Virus record (IMG/VR): IMGVR_UViG_3300045988_165705
Source: a virus
Length of the DNA stretch: 64,000 nucleotides
Direction: 5' to 3' (one strand)
Shown here: one piece after another, positions 9,683 through 20,383 of the stretch
How the letters are laid out: the number at the start of each line of letters is the position of its first letter
Numbering within the stretch: the stretch's first letter is position 1
Position numbers and translations under genes: made by a program
Notes under the pieces: generated by a model
Databases searched by the model: none
The model's input: the letters and a program-made list of their open reading frames with translations, nothing else
Told to the model about the DNA's origin: nothing

Positions 9683-10048
9683 TTATGTAAAGTCAACAAA
9701 GCCCTCCAAATTGAAAATGTCCGCAGGCGAAAGCGTTTGCTCACCCAGGTCTTTTTCGTCCAGCTTAACAACCTCGATTGCAATGTCCACTTCCATATTG
9801 CACAGCTCATTCAGCTTTGCTTTGAATGCGGTGCAGTCGCTGGGAGTCAGGAATGTGATATTCCCGTCCTCCTTCAGCGTTCCGTGGAACTCGTCCAGAT
9901 ACTTGCGCTCCTCCGTGAGCGCAAACTGATAGGCACTGTCAGCTGCCTGAACCAGCTTATATACCGCATACGCCTTTTTAACAGGCAGCTTGAAGTTGTT
10001 CAGTTTCATCAGAGACTCATAGGCTCTGTTAATCTTTTCTTGAATCAT
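9683..10048 (-). CDS. Hypothetical protein
   Basis: Start moved to the internal ATG (MIQEKINRAY), which is preceded by AAAGGAAAAGAG. The longer track ORF would overlap the upstream gene. Confidence 0.5.
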   Translation of the reverse strand: MIQEKINRAYESLMKLNNFKLPVKKAYAVYKLVQAADSAYQFALTEERKYLDEFHGTLKEDGNITFLTPSDCTAFKAKLNELCNMEVDIAIEVVKLDEKDLGEQTLSPADIFNLEGFVDFT

Positions 10049-10079
10049 ACTCTTTTCCTTTCTTACACACTGAGACAAA

Positions 10080-10304
10080 TCAGCCAAGTTTGGCAAGATA
10101 TTCTTCAGCATCCTCAATATAAACGCCTTTTGCCAACCCCTGTTTAATGATGTCTCTGTCAGTACGGTCTAACTTTTGCTTCAATATGTCTGGCGTAAAA
10201 CAAGGCATACCCACCTCTCCGCCAGACTCGATATAACGCATATGGGAATCCCACAGTAGCTGTGTGCTACTGCGCACTTCCTTAATTAAATCGGCTGCTT
10301 TCAT
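10080..10304 (-). CDS. Hypothetical small protein
   Basis: Start moved to MKAADLIKEV, preceded by AAGGAGAG. This avoids overlap with the stop of the 1176-aa gene at 10316. Confidence 0.5.
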   Translation of the reverse strand: MKAADLIKEVRSSTQLLWDSHMRYIESGGEVGMPCFTPDILKQKLDRTDRDIIKQGLAKGVYIEDAEEYLAKLG

Positions 10305-10315
10305 AATCGCTCTCC

Positions 10316-13300
10316 TTAATTGTTTGAATATCCAACAACAATGCCTTTGACAACATACAATAACCACTGGTCAATCGTATTGTTCATGTACGGAATTGAG
10401 TCAGAGATACCAGTATATGTAGCCCAGCCTCGTGTGCGGCAATACCCATAAATGGACATATCTCTTACATAGCCCAATGACACTTGTCCGGAAGAATTGA
10501 CACTAAAACTCCCGATGCTGATGGAACATCCAGATAAGGCGCCGCCTCTGATTCTATTTGCGGAAAGCGTGCCCGTTGTAATCTTATCTGCAGACAGGTT
10601 CGGAATACGCACTGGGTCAAAAGTACCGGAAGTAATCTTGCTGCAATTAAGCTCCGGGATTCTCTGCGTGTTAAACTGACCAGAGGTAATTTGGCTCGCA
10701 GGCAGTCCCGATATTTGGCTTGCCGTCAGCTTGCCAACAGTAATGCTATCTGCCCGAAGGTTGGTAACAGTAACATTGGTACAATTCAGCGTGCCAGAAG
10801 TGATATTGCTTGCGCTCAGATTCGTCACCTTGATGACATTACCGTTGATAGTGCCCGATGTAATATTACTGGCGTTCAGATTCTTGATGGTCACATCGGT
10901 CGCATCAATCGTACCGCCGCTGATTCTATCGGCTGACATAGTGCCTGCCGTAATCTTGCTGGCATTGATACTGACAATATTTGCATTACTGACCTGCAGC
11001 GTTCCATTGGAGATTTCACAGCCTCCAATAATACCACTGGTTGCCTCAACCTTGCCAGAAATGCTTACATTGTTTGCAAGCAGGTAGCCGTTCTTATTGG
11101 CGCGGATATAGTTGCTTGCCGTTCCAAGAGAAATGCCGTCCGTTCCAATATAGATGCCGGAAGTGGTACTGGAGAACGAAGGCTTCCCGTTGTAAATTGC
11201 ATCGCTGATAATAGTCCAACCCTGTGACGGCTGGCCGATGTAGCCACTCAGCGCAGTGACTTCGCCACTAAAAGAACCGGCTGTAGCGTAGATGGTGCCT
11301 TTTAGTGTCAGGTTGCCGTTAGTATCCGCGTAGAAAAGCTTCTTATCGTCGTCTACGACACCCTTATTGTTGATAAGCGGATACTTACCAATCATCAGAC
11401 CATGCATCGGGTCTAAGAGAATATGCGAGTTGCTCTTCTCGTTGGTGATGCTGAAGTTGCTGTTGTGCAACACACACCCCTCGGCATCTACCTTAAACAC
11501 TGATACGCCGCCATCCTGCTTTGCGCTCTCGATAACAAGGTTGCTGCCAGCGAGCAAAGTACCAACAATATTGGGAGCAACGATGCCCCAGCAATCACCG
11601 AGGTTCTCATCGTAGAAGTTACCAATAGCCAGCTCTGCCGTTGACCAGTTGTTGCTGGTCATCAGAATGCTGTTGTTGTTCAGCCACACCTGCTTCGGTT
11701 CATACTCTGTATGAGCTTCGTCGCTCCACTTGCGCAGCCGAATGCCAGAATCGCCCCACGAGATAGCCTGCTCCTTAGAAGACATGATGGCATTCTTGGA
11801 CACATCCAGTGCCGTCTGCATAAAGTCTTTGACCTTTGTAGAGGCGCCGCTGTCCATAAACGCAGAGTAGTTGTACTTGTTCAGGTCTACACTCTTGCCC
11901 ATTGAGACGCTTTGCTCCAACAAATCAGCCAACAGGAAAGAACTATCACCAGAGGTGTAGGTGTCGCTAAACTCCAGCGTCAGGTCGTTAGGCGAATCAA
12001 AGCTTACTTTTACGCCCACGCAAATAGGTGCCAGCGTTTCATCCTCACTGATGCCGACATAGAGCTTTTCGCCGTGGCGCAGCTTATTCTTGAACTTCAC
12101 GAAATCGTCAAGGCACAAGAAGTTTGCGCTTGTCACGCCAAATGTGTAGGAGGGCTGCGATACCTTTGTTAGAATCTCGTTGCCGTATTCAAACAAGTCC
12201 CATGCGACAGCACGCTTCTCATACTCGCTGGTGTTCAGCGTGAAGTATAGATACCCTTCGCTGACCGTGATGTCCAGCTTCGTACCGACCAACAGGTCAG
12301 GGATTTCAGTGTCTGCCGCCATGTCATGTGCAACGGAAGACACTGTTCCCGTCAAAGAGATACACCCCTTTGGGAAAGACCGGTCGCCCGTTACTCCTGC
12401 ACCGAGGTATGCCGTCATCACAAAACTGTTGTTTGGCGCTTTTTCAAATGCCGCACTGATAACCTCTGCGTCAATAAAGTCGGCTTTGATTCTGCCGCCC
12501 TTGACATCATAGATTTCCTTATTGCGTGTATTGGTTACATAAGTAATGTTGGCGTTGCTAACACCAATCAACTTGTCGGCAATATGGTTGCCTGTGTCCT
12601 CGTCGGTATAGGAACCAGTTGTTTGTGCGACAAAGCTGCTCTCTGATACGGCATCATCCTTCAAGTATCGGTCAAGCTGCAAATACTCTTCCTGCGTGAA
12701 GTAGGATTTGAAATTGGCCGCTTTGTTTATCGTGACCAGTTCACTGTATATGGATGCGGCCTGCGCTTCGATGCTTTTGATTTCCTCGTTCTTGGCGTTA
12801 ATTTCAGCTTGCTTTGCGGCAATTCTGGTGTTTACATCATCCAATTTGCTTTGTGGAACAAGGTCGCGTGCAATACCCTGGATGATGATTGCCTGTTCAT
12901 TTTCCAAAATCGTCCGTTCGCTTTCCAACTCAACCAACGCCGTCTGTTCTGTGGTTTTACGCATAATTTGCAAAACATATTCCACAGACAGATTGTAGTA
13001 AGGGAGCTGATAGTTTGCGTAGCTTTCTTTCCACGCATAGTATTTATCAATCAATGCCTGATTAAAGTTGTCGGCATTCATGAAGTAATCCAGATTGATA
13101 ATTTGATTGGTTCCGCTGGGGTTCACATCACGAATGTTTACGCCGTCGGCACCGTTGACATCCAACCGGGTGACGATGCTCTCCGTATTCTCTTCGACCG
13201 TAATCTCTTTTGCAAGATTGGCGTTAGAGATGTAAATTGGATTGGTCGGAACCGCAGAAGAAGCATCCTTAACATTGATTCTGCGATGATAGGTATCAAA

Positions 13301-13846
13301 GTCAAAAATGCAGTTATATGAAGTCTGTATCGTACCCTTGATAAAGTTATAAAGGTTTTCGTCAGAAACTTCAAAGGTACGATATTTTCCAACAAGATTG
13401 TTGTCAATACTCCCGACACTCCACGATGGCATCAGCTCAAGGATAATACCGAGCAGAGTACTGTCCGGTGTAACAGGGTTCCAAAAATTATAGGTGGCGT
13501 TTGCCAGTGAAAGCTTTTTGAAAGTAAATTCGTACTCAAGGGAATACCCCTTGCACGCCTTTATCTTCTTCACGCCATCGCCGGTCTCTTTGGGATTCAC
13601 AAGGATAAACTGGCCGATATTCTGCAGTTCAACAATGCGCATACCAATGACCGCATCATAGTACGGGGTTGGTTCGCCATCCACCTGTGCCGGAAGATTA
13701 AACTCAATCACAGAGGCTTCATCATATTTAATATCAGCAGTGATATTCATGGCATAGCCCAGCACGCCAATCGGTACATCGGTCGTATTTTTAAGAATCA
13801 GCATTGGCGGTTCCCGCAGGTCTATCTTTGAGAAATCAACTACCAT
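10316..13846 (-). CDS. Tail-tip / minor structural protein (Tal-like) with C-terminal beta-helix-type repeats
   Basis: 1176 aa, immediately downstream of the tape measure. The N-terminus resembles the phage minor structural protein N-terminal region. The C-terminus has about 12 short repeats of the (N/S)ASxITSGT(I/L) type (about 10500-11000). Confidence 0.7.
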   Translation of the reverse strand: MVVDFSKIDLREPPMLILKNTTDVPIGVLGYAMNITADIKYDEASVIEFNLPAQVDGEPTPYYDAVIGMRIVELQNIGQFILVNPKETGDGVKKIKACKGYSLEYEFTFKKLSLANATYNFWNPVTPDSTLLGIILELMPSWSVGSIDNNLVGKYRTFEVSDENLYNFIKGTIQTSYNCIFDFDTYHRRINVKDASSAVPTNPIYISNANLAKEITVEENTESIVTRLDVNGADGVNIRDVNPSGTNQIINLDYFMNADNFNQALIDKYYAWKESYANYQLPYYNLSVEYVLQIMRKTTEQTALVELESERTILENEQAIIIQGIARDLVPQSKLDDVNTRIAAKQAEINAKNEEIKSIEAQAASIYSELVTINKAANFKSYFTQEEYLQLDRYLKDDAVSESSFVAQTTGSYTDEDTGNHIADKLIGVSNANITYVTNTRNKEIYDVKGGRIKADFIDAEVISAAFEKAPNNSFVMTAYLGAGVTGDRSFPKGCISLTGTVSSVAHDMAADTEIPDLLVGTKLDITVSEGYLYFTLNTSEYEKRAVAWDLFEYGNEILTKVSQPSYTFGVTSANFLCLDDFVKFKNKLRHGEKLYVGISEDETLAPICVGVKVSFDSPNDLTLEFSDTYTSGDSSFLLADLLEQSVSMGKSVDLNKYNYSAFMDSGASTKVKDFMQTALDVSKNAIMSSKEQAISWGDSGIRLRKWSDEAHTEYEPKQVWLNNNSILMTSNNWSTAELAIGNFYDENLGDCWGIVAPNIVGTLLAGSNLVIESAKQDGGVSVFKVDAEGCVLHNSNFSITNEKSNSHILLDPMHGLMIGKYPLINNKGVVDDDKKLFYADTNGNLTLKGTIYATAGSFSGEVTALSGYIGQPSQGWTIISDAIYNGKPSFSSTTSGIYIGTDGISLGTASNYIRANKNGYLLANNVSISGKVEATSGIIGGCEISNGTLQVSNANIVSINASKITAGTMSADRISGGTIDATDVTIKNLNASNITSGTINGNVIKVTNLSASNITSGTLNCTNVTVTNLRADSITVGKLTASQISGLPASQITSGQFNTQRIPELNCSKITSGTFDPVRIPNLSADKITTGTLSANRIRGGALSGCSISIGSFSVNSSGQVSLGYVRDMSIYGYCRTRGWATYTGISDSIPYMNNTIDQWLLYVVKGIVVGYSNN

Positions 13847-13874
13847 ACTTTGAGAAAACCTCCTTTCTGAAATA

Positions 13875-13902
13875 GGGGAGATACAGTTGCCCGTATCTCC
13901 CC
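13875..13902 (-). terminator. Hairpin between tape measure and tail-tip gene
   Basis: 10-bp stem GGGGAGATAC/GTATCTCCCC with an 8-nt loop in the 66-nt gap. On the minus strand it is followed by a U-containing tract (tatttcag). Confidence 0.4.
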
Positions 13903-13912
13903 GTTGGGTTAC

Positions 13913-16900
13913 TTATGGTTTCAGCCTTGAGCCTCGCGTACTGTTGATGCCGCGCCGCTCAAATGCGCTGTAAAGTTTGTCAATTGCCACATCGGCAATC
14001 CGTTCGCCATAGGCTTTTGCGTCCGTGTCGGCCATTTCACCACTATGGGTAATGTTGACCTCGAAGTGCGGTTCAAACACGAGACTCTGTGCGGCACTGC
14101 CGATAATGTCTTGCGTCAATCCACTCATGGTGTCTCTGATGCTTGATGACGGAGCCGAGATTGTCGGTAGCGTACCGATAACCACGCCAAGGCGCTTTGA
14201 CAGTTCCGCCTGGAAATCGATGATACGATACAGGCTCTTCTGCTTAGCATCATTCAGCACGACTTCGCCTTTTTGCAAAATAGCAAGAGCTTCATCCTTG
14301 CTGAGGTTTGCTTCATCAACAACGCCGCCATCATGGTATTTGGGGACATTGCTTACCACGGTGCCAACGCCGCTTACGCCGCTCACTGCATCGCTGTATT
14401 GTCTTACAGCTTCCGCAGCCCGTATCCATGCAGAAGAAATCTCCGCATCGATAGATGCGCCAACAGATACGCTCTGCCCAAGAAGTGTCTGGTAAAATGC
14501 CGTCCAGAGTTCTTCGGAAGAATTGACGGTACTTCTGAGCAGCTCTAATTCCGCCTCTTTATCAGACTCGTAGTCTTCGCCCATCTTGTCCAAGGCATTG
14601 GTCTGAGCCTCGACAGAGTGGTCTCTCTGTGTGTCTGCAAGGTCTTTCTGCTTTTCCTCCAGCTCCTGCATTAGCGTATTCCGCTCTGCCTGTGCGCTTC
14701 TGCTGTCATCCAGAGCAAGCTGGTCGATTCTGGCCTGCAGGTCTGCTATCTCTTTGACCTTGTCGGCAATATCAGCTTCATAGTCGAACTCGTCCTTAGC
14801 GGACTCAATCATCTCTTTTCTCAGGTCTATAATCTTTTGATAGGCATCTATCTGTTTCTTATAGACCTCCTCGATGTAGTCGATGATATTGTTCTTCGTC
14901 TCCTGAACCTGATAACCCAAATCCTCGATGGAGCCCGCAGCATCGATGTTGTCATCGTTGAGCTGTTCCGTCACATCTATCAGGTCTTCCGTTTCCTTAC
15001 GGAGGGCATTTGTCGCTTCCTGCAGCGTATCGTACTCTCCGGCAGACGATGCCGTAAGCTCATTCAGATGTTCAAGGTTCTTAATGTACAGCTCATTTGT
15101 TTCGCTGTTATACTCAACCTCAAACCCAAGCGCCCGAAGAGCACCGACATTGGATGCGATGGTGCTCTTTTTCAGCCCCATCAAATCTTTTTCGGCGGCC
15201 ATCTCTTCTTTATAGGCATCAATCAAATCGCTGGACAGCTTAATTTTCTCAGCCGGGTCTTCTGCATACTTCAGCTTTTTCGCCAGAGAGTTTGCCCGTT
15301 CCTGTGCGGCCTGTAGCCGCTTCTCAGCTTCGTAATAGGCATCGATGTCAGCGATATATTCTTCGACTGTTTTAATCTTGTCTTTGGTATCACTGTCACC
15401 ATCAGAGCTGCCTCCACTGCTGCTGTCGCTTCTGCTACCATAAGAACTACCAGCAGAACCATAAATACTCGTCAGGTCAAGCCCGCGCAACGCCTCAAGG
15501 TTTTTGTAGGCGTTGACCGTCCGCTGCTTGAAATCCTCCAATGCAGCAATACGCTGTGCAGACGCCTGCTCCTGCTTTGAAATCCAGTCGTCCAGTGTAT
15601 CTGTGCCGACATAGGTATTTGCACCGTCGAAAGTGACGGTGACATCTCCGGCATCAATCGAAGTGCCGCCTACCGCACCGGATACTGCTGACTGGAAATA
15701 GTGAGAGATGCCCTGCCAGTTACCAGTCGTAGCGTCCTTAACAGCCTGACTCAGTGCGCCCCAGACGCTGGAAGCAATATTGCGAATCTTGCTAAACAGG
15801 CTGGTACCGTAGTTGTTGGTCGCTTCAAGCGACTTGGAGAAGCCCTGCGTATGTGCGCTCTTAATGGTATTGGCATACGGTTCCCAGATGTTCTCCGTTG
15901 CCTGCTGGCCATATTCAACCTCTGCGCCCAACTTCTTGTTCAGTGCTTCTTCGTTTACGGTCAGTTCGCCATTCTTCTCGGCCACATAGTTTCTGCCCTG
16001 CAGGTCATTCAGCTCATTCATCTTTTGAAGGAGAGCTTCCTCCTGCTGAACCTGACCATTGACGCTCAGGTTCTTTATGTCGGCAATTATGTTAGCCTTT
16101 TCGGTTTCCAGAGCGAGCTGGTCATTGATGACCTGCTCGGTTGCTTTCAGCTCAGCAATCTTGGTATCCAGCTGCGCATCATACTCTGCCTCGTTCATCT
16201 CAAGAACGCTGTTCAGCAACTGTCTCTGACCATCGATAGACCCGTCAACAAACAGGTCTGCCTGCTCCAGAAGCTTGGGGTACTGCAAAGCAAGGTTGGC
16301 AAGCTGCTGCTTTGTCATGGCAGTACCGGAGTTCAGTCTGTCCATCGCAGAGATAATGCTGTCAAGGCCATCCTTCGCACTATCCAAACCAGATATCATG
16401 TCGGAGAAATCGAGGGTGTTCACCATATCGGCGTTGGCATATTTCAGCCATTCGATTTTCTCCTGCAATTCCTCGAAGGTCATGGAGCCTTCTTCGGAGA
16501 TAATGTTATAAGCGATTTCCAGCTCCTGTGCAGACATTTCGCCTAACAGCGCATCATACTTGCCGCCAACGCCGCCAATAGCTTCTTTGACAGCGGCAAG
16601 CTGCCGCTCGACGGTATCTGTTTCCAATGAGAGCTTGAGGTATTTGATGGTGTCATCATCAAACCCAGCTGCTTCAAGGTCGCTGATAATCGCATTGACA
16701 GTTTCCTGGAATTCATCGACATTGATGTCACCGGCATCGAACAGCCCCTTCAGGTCGAACAAACCGGACATTGCATTCTGTACTTCCGGTGTCAGCTTGT
16801 CGATGAAGTCGTTTATCTGAACCTTAATATCGGTAATAGCATCTTCATCGGGGACAATCTTTCCCCAGAAGTTTTTCTTTGTGACATCATCAACACCAAA

Positions 16901-19900
16901 GCGGTCGATGAAATTGGAAACAATATTTTGTGCCTCTGTGCTTAAATCGTCATAAGCGGCATTGTTCTGCGCAACAAGCTTCAGCTGGTCAGCAACATCC
17001 TGATTAGCCTTTTCAAGCCCATCTCGTGCTTCGCCATAACGAACGGCAGCGTTCTTTGTCTTTTCAACAGCAGCTTCAAAATCAGAGAGAGACTCGAAGC
17101 CCACTTCCGTATAGTCGATAGAGGCCGCAATCTTTCCGATATTGTGAGAGACCTGGTCTGCATAGTCATCCCAGAAATCACCCCACTGGTAATAGCCGTA
17201 CTCGTTTGTGTACTTCTCCAGCTCCTTGCCAATATCGGTTACGCCCAGAGCCTTCATAATCTGCTCAGACAAATACCGGCTCTTATTGTCTCCGGAGTTT
17301 CCAACGAACTCGGGCGTCACATCTCTGTCATTGACACGGAACATCCGCCACATATTGTTGGACAAATCCGTATCTGTGGTCAGAATGTCGCCGTTTTTCA
17401 GCTTGTCATAAGATGCTGCATACCCCTTGATAACCTCAGAAAGCTTTTCTGTGGTTGTCATCTGCCGGAGTTCGCTCTTATACTGCTGCTCCTGCAGTTC
17501 AATGGCACGCTCAATCAGTTCGTTCTTGTCCGCAAGATAACCATTTTCAATGCTATACCCCTCTGACAAAGCAGGAGAGATATCCACAATCGTCTGAACG
17601 ATTTGCTTGTATCGGTCATACTCATCGGCAGTCAACGAAATATTTTCGCCGTAACGGGAAACACCAACTGACAGTGTCTCAAACTCTTCCTTCAGCGACT
17701 GCAGTTTGTCGATGTTATCAGAGTTTGTCTGGCGGAACTCATTGAACGCATTGGTCAGTTCGTTCGCTTTTTCAATCGCTTCATCGCTGGCGTTAATCAG
17801 ATGTGTAATACCTGTGATGATTCCCTGAATCACCAATCCAATTCCCAACGAGATGAGCATATTGATGGCTGTGTTAAGCGCAGTGACGCCAATCGCCGCT
17901 GCTTTTGAACTTGCTCCAAACGCCTTCGTCTCCACACCAGCCTGTTTGCAGTATGCCTTGTAGCCAGACATGGAGGCTTTGCCGCCGTTCAGCGACTTCA
18001 GATACCCCGACAGAGCATCGTCAGTGCCATCAAGATTCTTGATAAACGCTTCTTGTACCTGTATGGAAGAACCCAAAGCCTTATTGTATTCGGCTATACT
18101 TTTAACGGAAGCAGTCCAGTCTGCAGCGCCGCCAGAAAGCCCCACCTTTCCATCGACAACATCAAAGATTCCAAGGTTCTTCCCTTTGGCACCGCTATAC
18201 GCAGTTACAGCTGCGGTGATTGTGGAAATCAAAGCAGGGAATGAGCCCAGCTTATCGATGATTGCGGTCAGCGTTTCAAGAATGGCTGTGCCGCCATCTA
18301 CAACGCCTTTAACAAGCCCGGAGCTTACAAAGGAGGCGGAGAGCTTTTCAAAGGCTGCCTGGAACTGAGCAATTTTGCCATTGATAGAGTCGAGATACTT
18401 CTCGTTTTCATTGAGGGCAGAACCGGCAGAGTCCACAGCTACTTTAAGAACAGCTTCTGCATCTGCGAAGTTGTTCAGCAGCGAAGCCACCACATTGCTG
18501 TTTCGCTTGCCGCCAATCATCTCCATGATGTTGGCTTTGGTAATATCAGTAAGGTCTCCCCAAACCTCGGAGAGTTCCTTCAAAATCTGATAGGTGCTTT
18601 TGAAAGTATCTTCATCCAGCTGGATATCGACTCGTCCGCTGGTCAGCGCAAGGATTTCTTTTCTCAGCTTGGAGACACTTTCCGCCATACCTTCTGTGCT
18701 TTCACCGGCTTCTTCCGCCTCAGTCTTTGCAGCACGAAGATACATGGAAACGGTCTTCATTGTTGTACCGACCTTTTCAGGGTCTTGCACAACATTGTTT
18801 GCCGCCGTTACAAGAGCAATACTCTCATCCAGACTGTTACCGGCAGCTGCAAGAGCAGAGGCAGAACGCACCAATGCGTCACCAACGCCCTTTGAGGAAA
18901 TAGCAAACCGGTTGCCAACCTCGTTGAATTTATCAACAATGGTCATCACATTGGCGGCTTCGATACCGAACGCTTTCATAGTGGAGATGACGCTTTCCGA
19001 TGCCTCGGAAATATCATTGATGCCATCGCCAACATTCTTGTAGACCAGCGCAGCATCTGCTAACTCTGCCGCTTCGCTAATGGAGTAGCCCAGTCTCGCA
19101 AAATCCGCTGTTGCTGTAATCGTATCGGTCAGCGTTGCGCCGAGACTCTTGGCACGCACAGCCGCCTCGTTGAAGAACTGAGCATAGGTCGCTCTGGTCT
19201 CATCGGTGACTTTCTTCAACTCGGTCATGGCCGCATCCAGCGCCCGTACATTGGTCACCATCTGCTTGAAGTTGTTGACCATGACCATCAGGCTTCTCGT
19301 CACCAGCATCCATCCGCCGAACTTCTTATAAGCGGATGAGATGATTCCGACGAGTGTATTGCCCTTCTTGCCGGACTCCGTAATAGAGGTATCCAGTGCG
19401 GCAAAGTCAGACAGCAGCTTTCGCAAGTCTGTCTTGCTCATGCTCGTCATACCATCGGCAGCATTCTTACTGTCGTTCCACACGCCAAGCAACTGCTCCC
19501 GCATTAGCGTGAGCTGTTCCAGCTCCGTGCCGTCAATGCGAGGATTCTTATCAATGTAAGTGCTAACTTTCTTATAGGCGCTGATGACCTCGTTAATGGT
19601 CGCCATCTTCTCTTTGTTGGCGGCCTCTGCACTCCTTGCCGCAGCAGCCTCTGCCGCCGCAGCTTCTTCCGCAGCCTGACGCTCGGCGTAAATCCGGTTG
19701 ATGTTCTCCAAGATGGCTGCGCCTTCTGCCTCCAGGCTCAGCCTGTACTCATCGCTTGTAGCCTCTTTAGAAGCACGAACCGTTTCTACGCTCATCGCCC
19801 ACAGGCGATACTGTTCCACCAACGATGCTACACGCTGGCTATCGCCCTCAGACACACCGCTGTCAACCAGACCGTTCAAACTTCTCTGTACAACAGTTTT

Positions 19901-20335
19901 CTGGTGTCCAAGCGCTTCCATCTGCACTTTGAACGCTGCAACCTTACGGGCGGCCTCGTCTGCTGCGTCGCCTGCGTCCTTCAGTTTTGACTTGACTTCG
20001 CCGATGTTTTCGGCGGTAAGGGTGACGCTTGTCCCCTTATCAAGGTTGATTGTGTTAATGACGGCGCTTAACTGTTTCCTGAAATCAGTAATGGCACCGG
20101 CACCGATTTTAATCTTCGACAAATTGACATAGAATTTGCCGCTGTTGCTAATGGCATCCAGTTCCTTACGCAGCTGCTCACCAAATGTTTTGGTGTCAAC
20201 TGTCACGGTAGCCTTGATGTTCTTCATGATTTCAGCAAGCTCTTTGCGAATCAGAGCTTCACTGTCACCGTCTGCACCACCGCGAGCCACGCCGATTAGT
20301 AACCGTACATCTGCATCCATTGCCATCGTCATCAC
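13913..20335 (-). CDS. Tail tape measure protein (2140 aa)
   Basis: Very long Ala/Glu/Lys-rich coiled-coil ORF. The core region FNEAAVRAKSLGATLTD...FARLGYSISEAAELADAALVYKNVGDG...KFNEVGNRFAISSKGVGDAL matches the TP901-family tape-measure core. Position is between the chaperone-like genes and the tail-tip gene. Confidence 0.9.
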   Translation of the reverse strand: MMTMAMDADVRLLIGVARGGADGDSEALIRKELAEIMKNIKATVTVDTKTFGEQLRKELDAISNSGKFYVNLSKIKIGAGAITDFRKQLSAVINTINLDKGTSVTLTAENIGEVKSKLKDAGDAADEAARKVAAFKVQMEALGHQKTVVQRSLNGLVDSGVSEGDSQRVASLVEQYRLWAMSVETVRASKEATSDEYRLSLEAEGAAILENINRIYAERQAAEEAAAAEAAAARSAEAANKEKMATINEVISAYKKVSTYIDKNPRIDGTELEQLTLMREQLLGVWNDSKNAADGMTSMSKTDLRKLLSDFAALDTSITESGKKGNTLVGIISSAYKKFGGWMLVTRSLMVMVNNFKQMVTNVRALDAAMTELKKVTDETRATYAQFFNEAAVRAKSLGATLTDTITATADFARLGYSISEAAELADAALVYKNVGDGINDISEASESVISTMKAFGIEAANVMTIVDKFNEVGNRFAISSKGVGDALVRSASALAAAGNSLDESIALVTAANNVVQDPEKVGTTMKTVSMYLRAAKTEAEEAGESTEGMAESVSKLRKEILALTSGRVDIQLDEDTFKSTYQILKELSEVWGDLTDITKANIMEMIGGKRNSNVVASLLNNFADAEAVLKVAVDSAGSALNENEKYLDSINGKIAQFQAAFEKLSASFVSSGLVKGVVDGGTAILETLTAIIDKLGSFPALISTITAAVTAYSGAKGKNLGIFDVVDGKVGLSGGAADWTASVKSIAEYNKALGSSIQVQEAFIKNLDGTDDALSGYLKSLNGGKASMSGYKAYCKQAGVETKAFGASSKAAAIGVTALNTAINMLISLGIGLVIQGIITGITHLINASDEAIEKANELTNAFNEFRQTNSDNIDKLQSLKEEFETLSVGVSRYGENISLTADEYDRYKQIVQTIVDISPALSEGYSIENGYLADKNELIERAIELQEQQYKSELRQMTTTEKLSEVIKGYAASYDKLKNGDILTTDTDLSNNMWRMFRVNDRDVTPEFVGNSGDNKSRYLSEQIMKALGVTDIGKELEKYTNEYGYYQWGDFWDDYADQVSHNIGKIAASIDYTEVGFESLSDFEAAVEKTKNAAVRYGEARDGLEKANQDVADQLKLVAQNNAAYDDLSTEAQNIVSNFIDRFGVDDVTKKNFWGKIVPDEDAITDIKVQINDFIDKLTPEVQNAMSGLFDLKGLFDAGDINVDEFQETVNAIISDLEAAGFDDDTIKYLKLSLETDTVERQLAAVKEAIGGVGGKYDALLGEMSAQELEIAYNIISEEGSMTFEELQEKIEWLKYANADMVNTLDFSDMISGLDSAKDGLDSIISAMDRLNSGTAMTKQQLANLALQYPKLLEQADLFVDGSIDGQRQLLNSVLEMNEAEYDAQLDTKIAELKATEQVINDQLALETEKANIIADIKNLSVNGQVQQEEALLQKMNELNDLQGRNYVAEKNGELTVNEEALNKKLGAEVEYGQQATENIWEPYANTIKSAHTQGFSKSLEATNNYGTSLFSKIRNIASSVWGALSQAVKDATTGNWQGISHYFQSAVSGAVGGTSIDAGDVTVTFDGANTYVGTDTLDDWISKQEQASAQRIAALEDFKQRTVNAYKNLEALRGLDLTSIYGSAGSSYGSRSDSSSGGSSDGDSDTKDKIKTVEEYIADIDAYYEAEKRLQAAQERANSLAKKLKYAEDPAEKIKLSSDLIDAYKEEMAAEKDLMGLKKSTIASNVGALRALGFEVEYNSETNELYIKNLEHLNELTASSAGEYDTLQEATNALRKETEDLIDVTEQLNDDNIDAAGSIEDLGYQVQETKNNIIDYIEEVYKKQIDAYQKIIDLRKEMIESAKDEFDYEADIADKVKEIADLQARIDQLALDDSRSAQAERNTLMQELEEKQKDLADTQRDHSVEAQTNALDKMGEDYESDKEAELELLRSTVNSSEELWTAFYQTLLGQSVSVGASIDAEISSAWIRAAEAVRQYSDAVSGVSGVGTVVSNVPKYHDGGVVDEANLSKDEALAILQKGEVVLNDAKQKSLYRIIDFQAELSKRLGVVIGTLPTISAPSSSIRDTMSGLTQDIIGSAAQSLVFEPHFEVNITHSGEMADTDAKAYGERIADVAIDKLYSAFERRGINSTRGSRLKP

Positions 20336-20383
20336 CGTCCTTTACGAAGAAAAGGCTTGGCACAAAGCCAAGCCTTTCATAAT

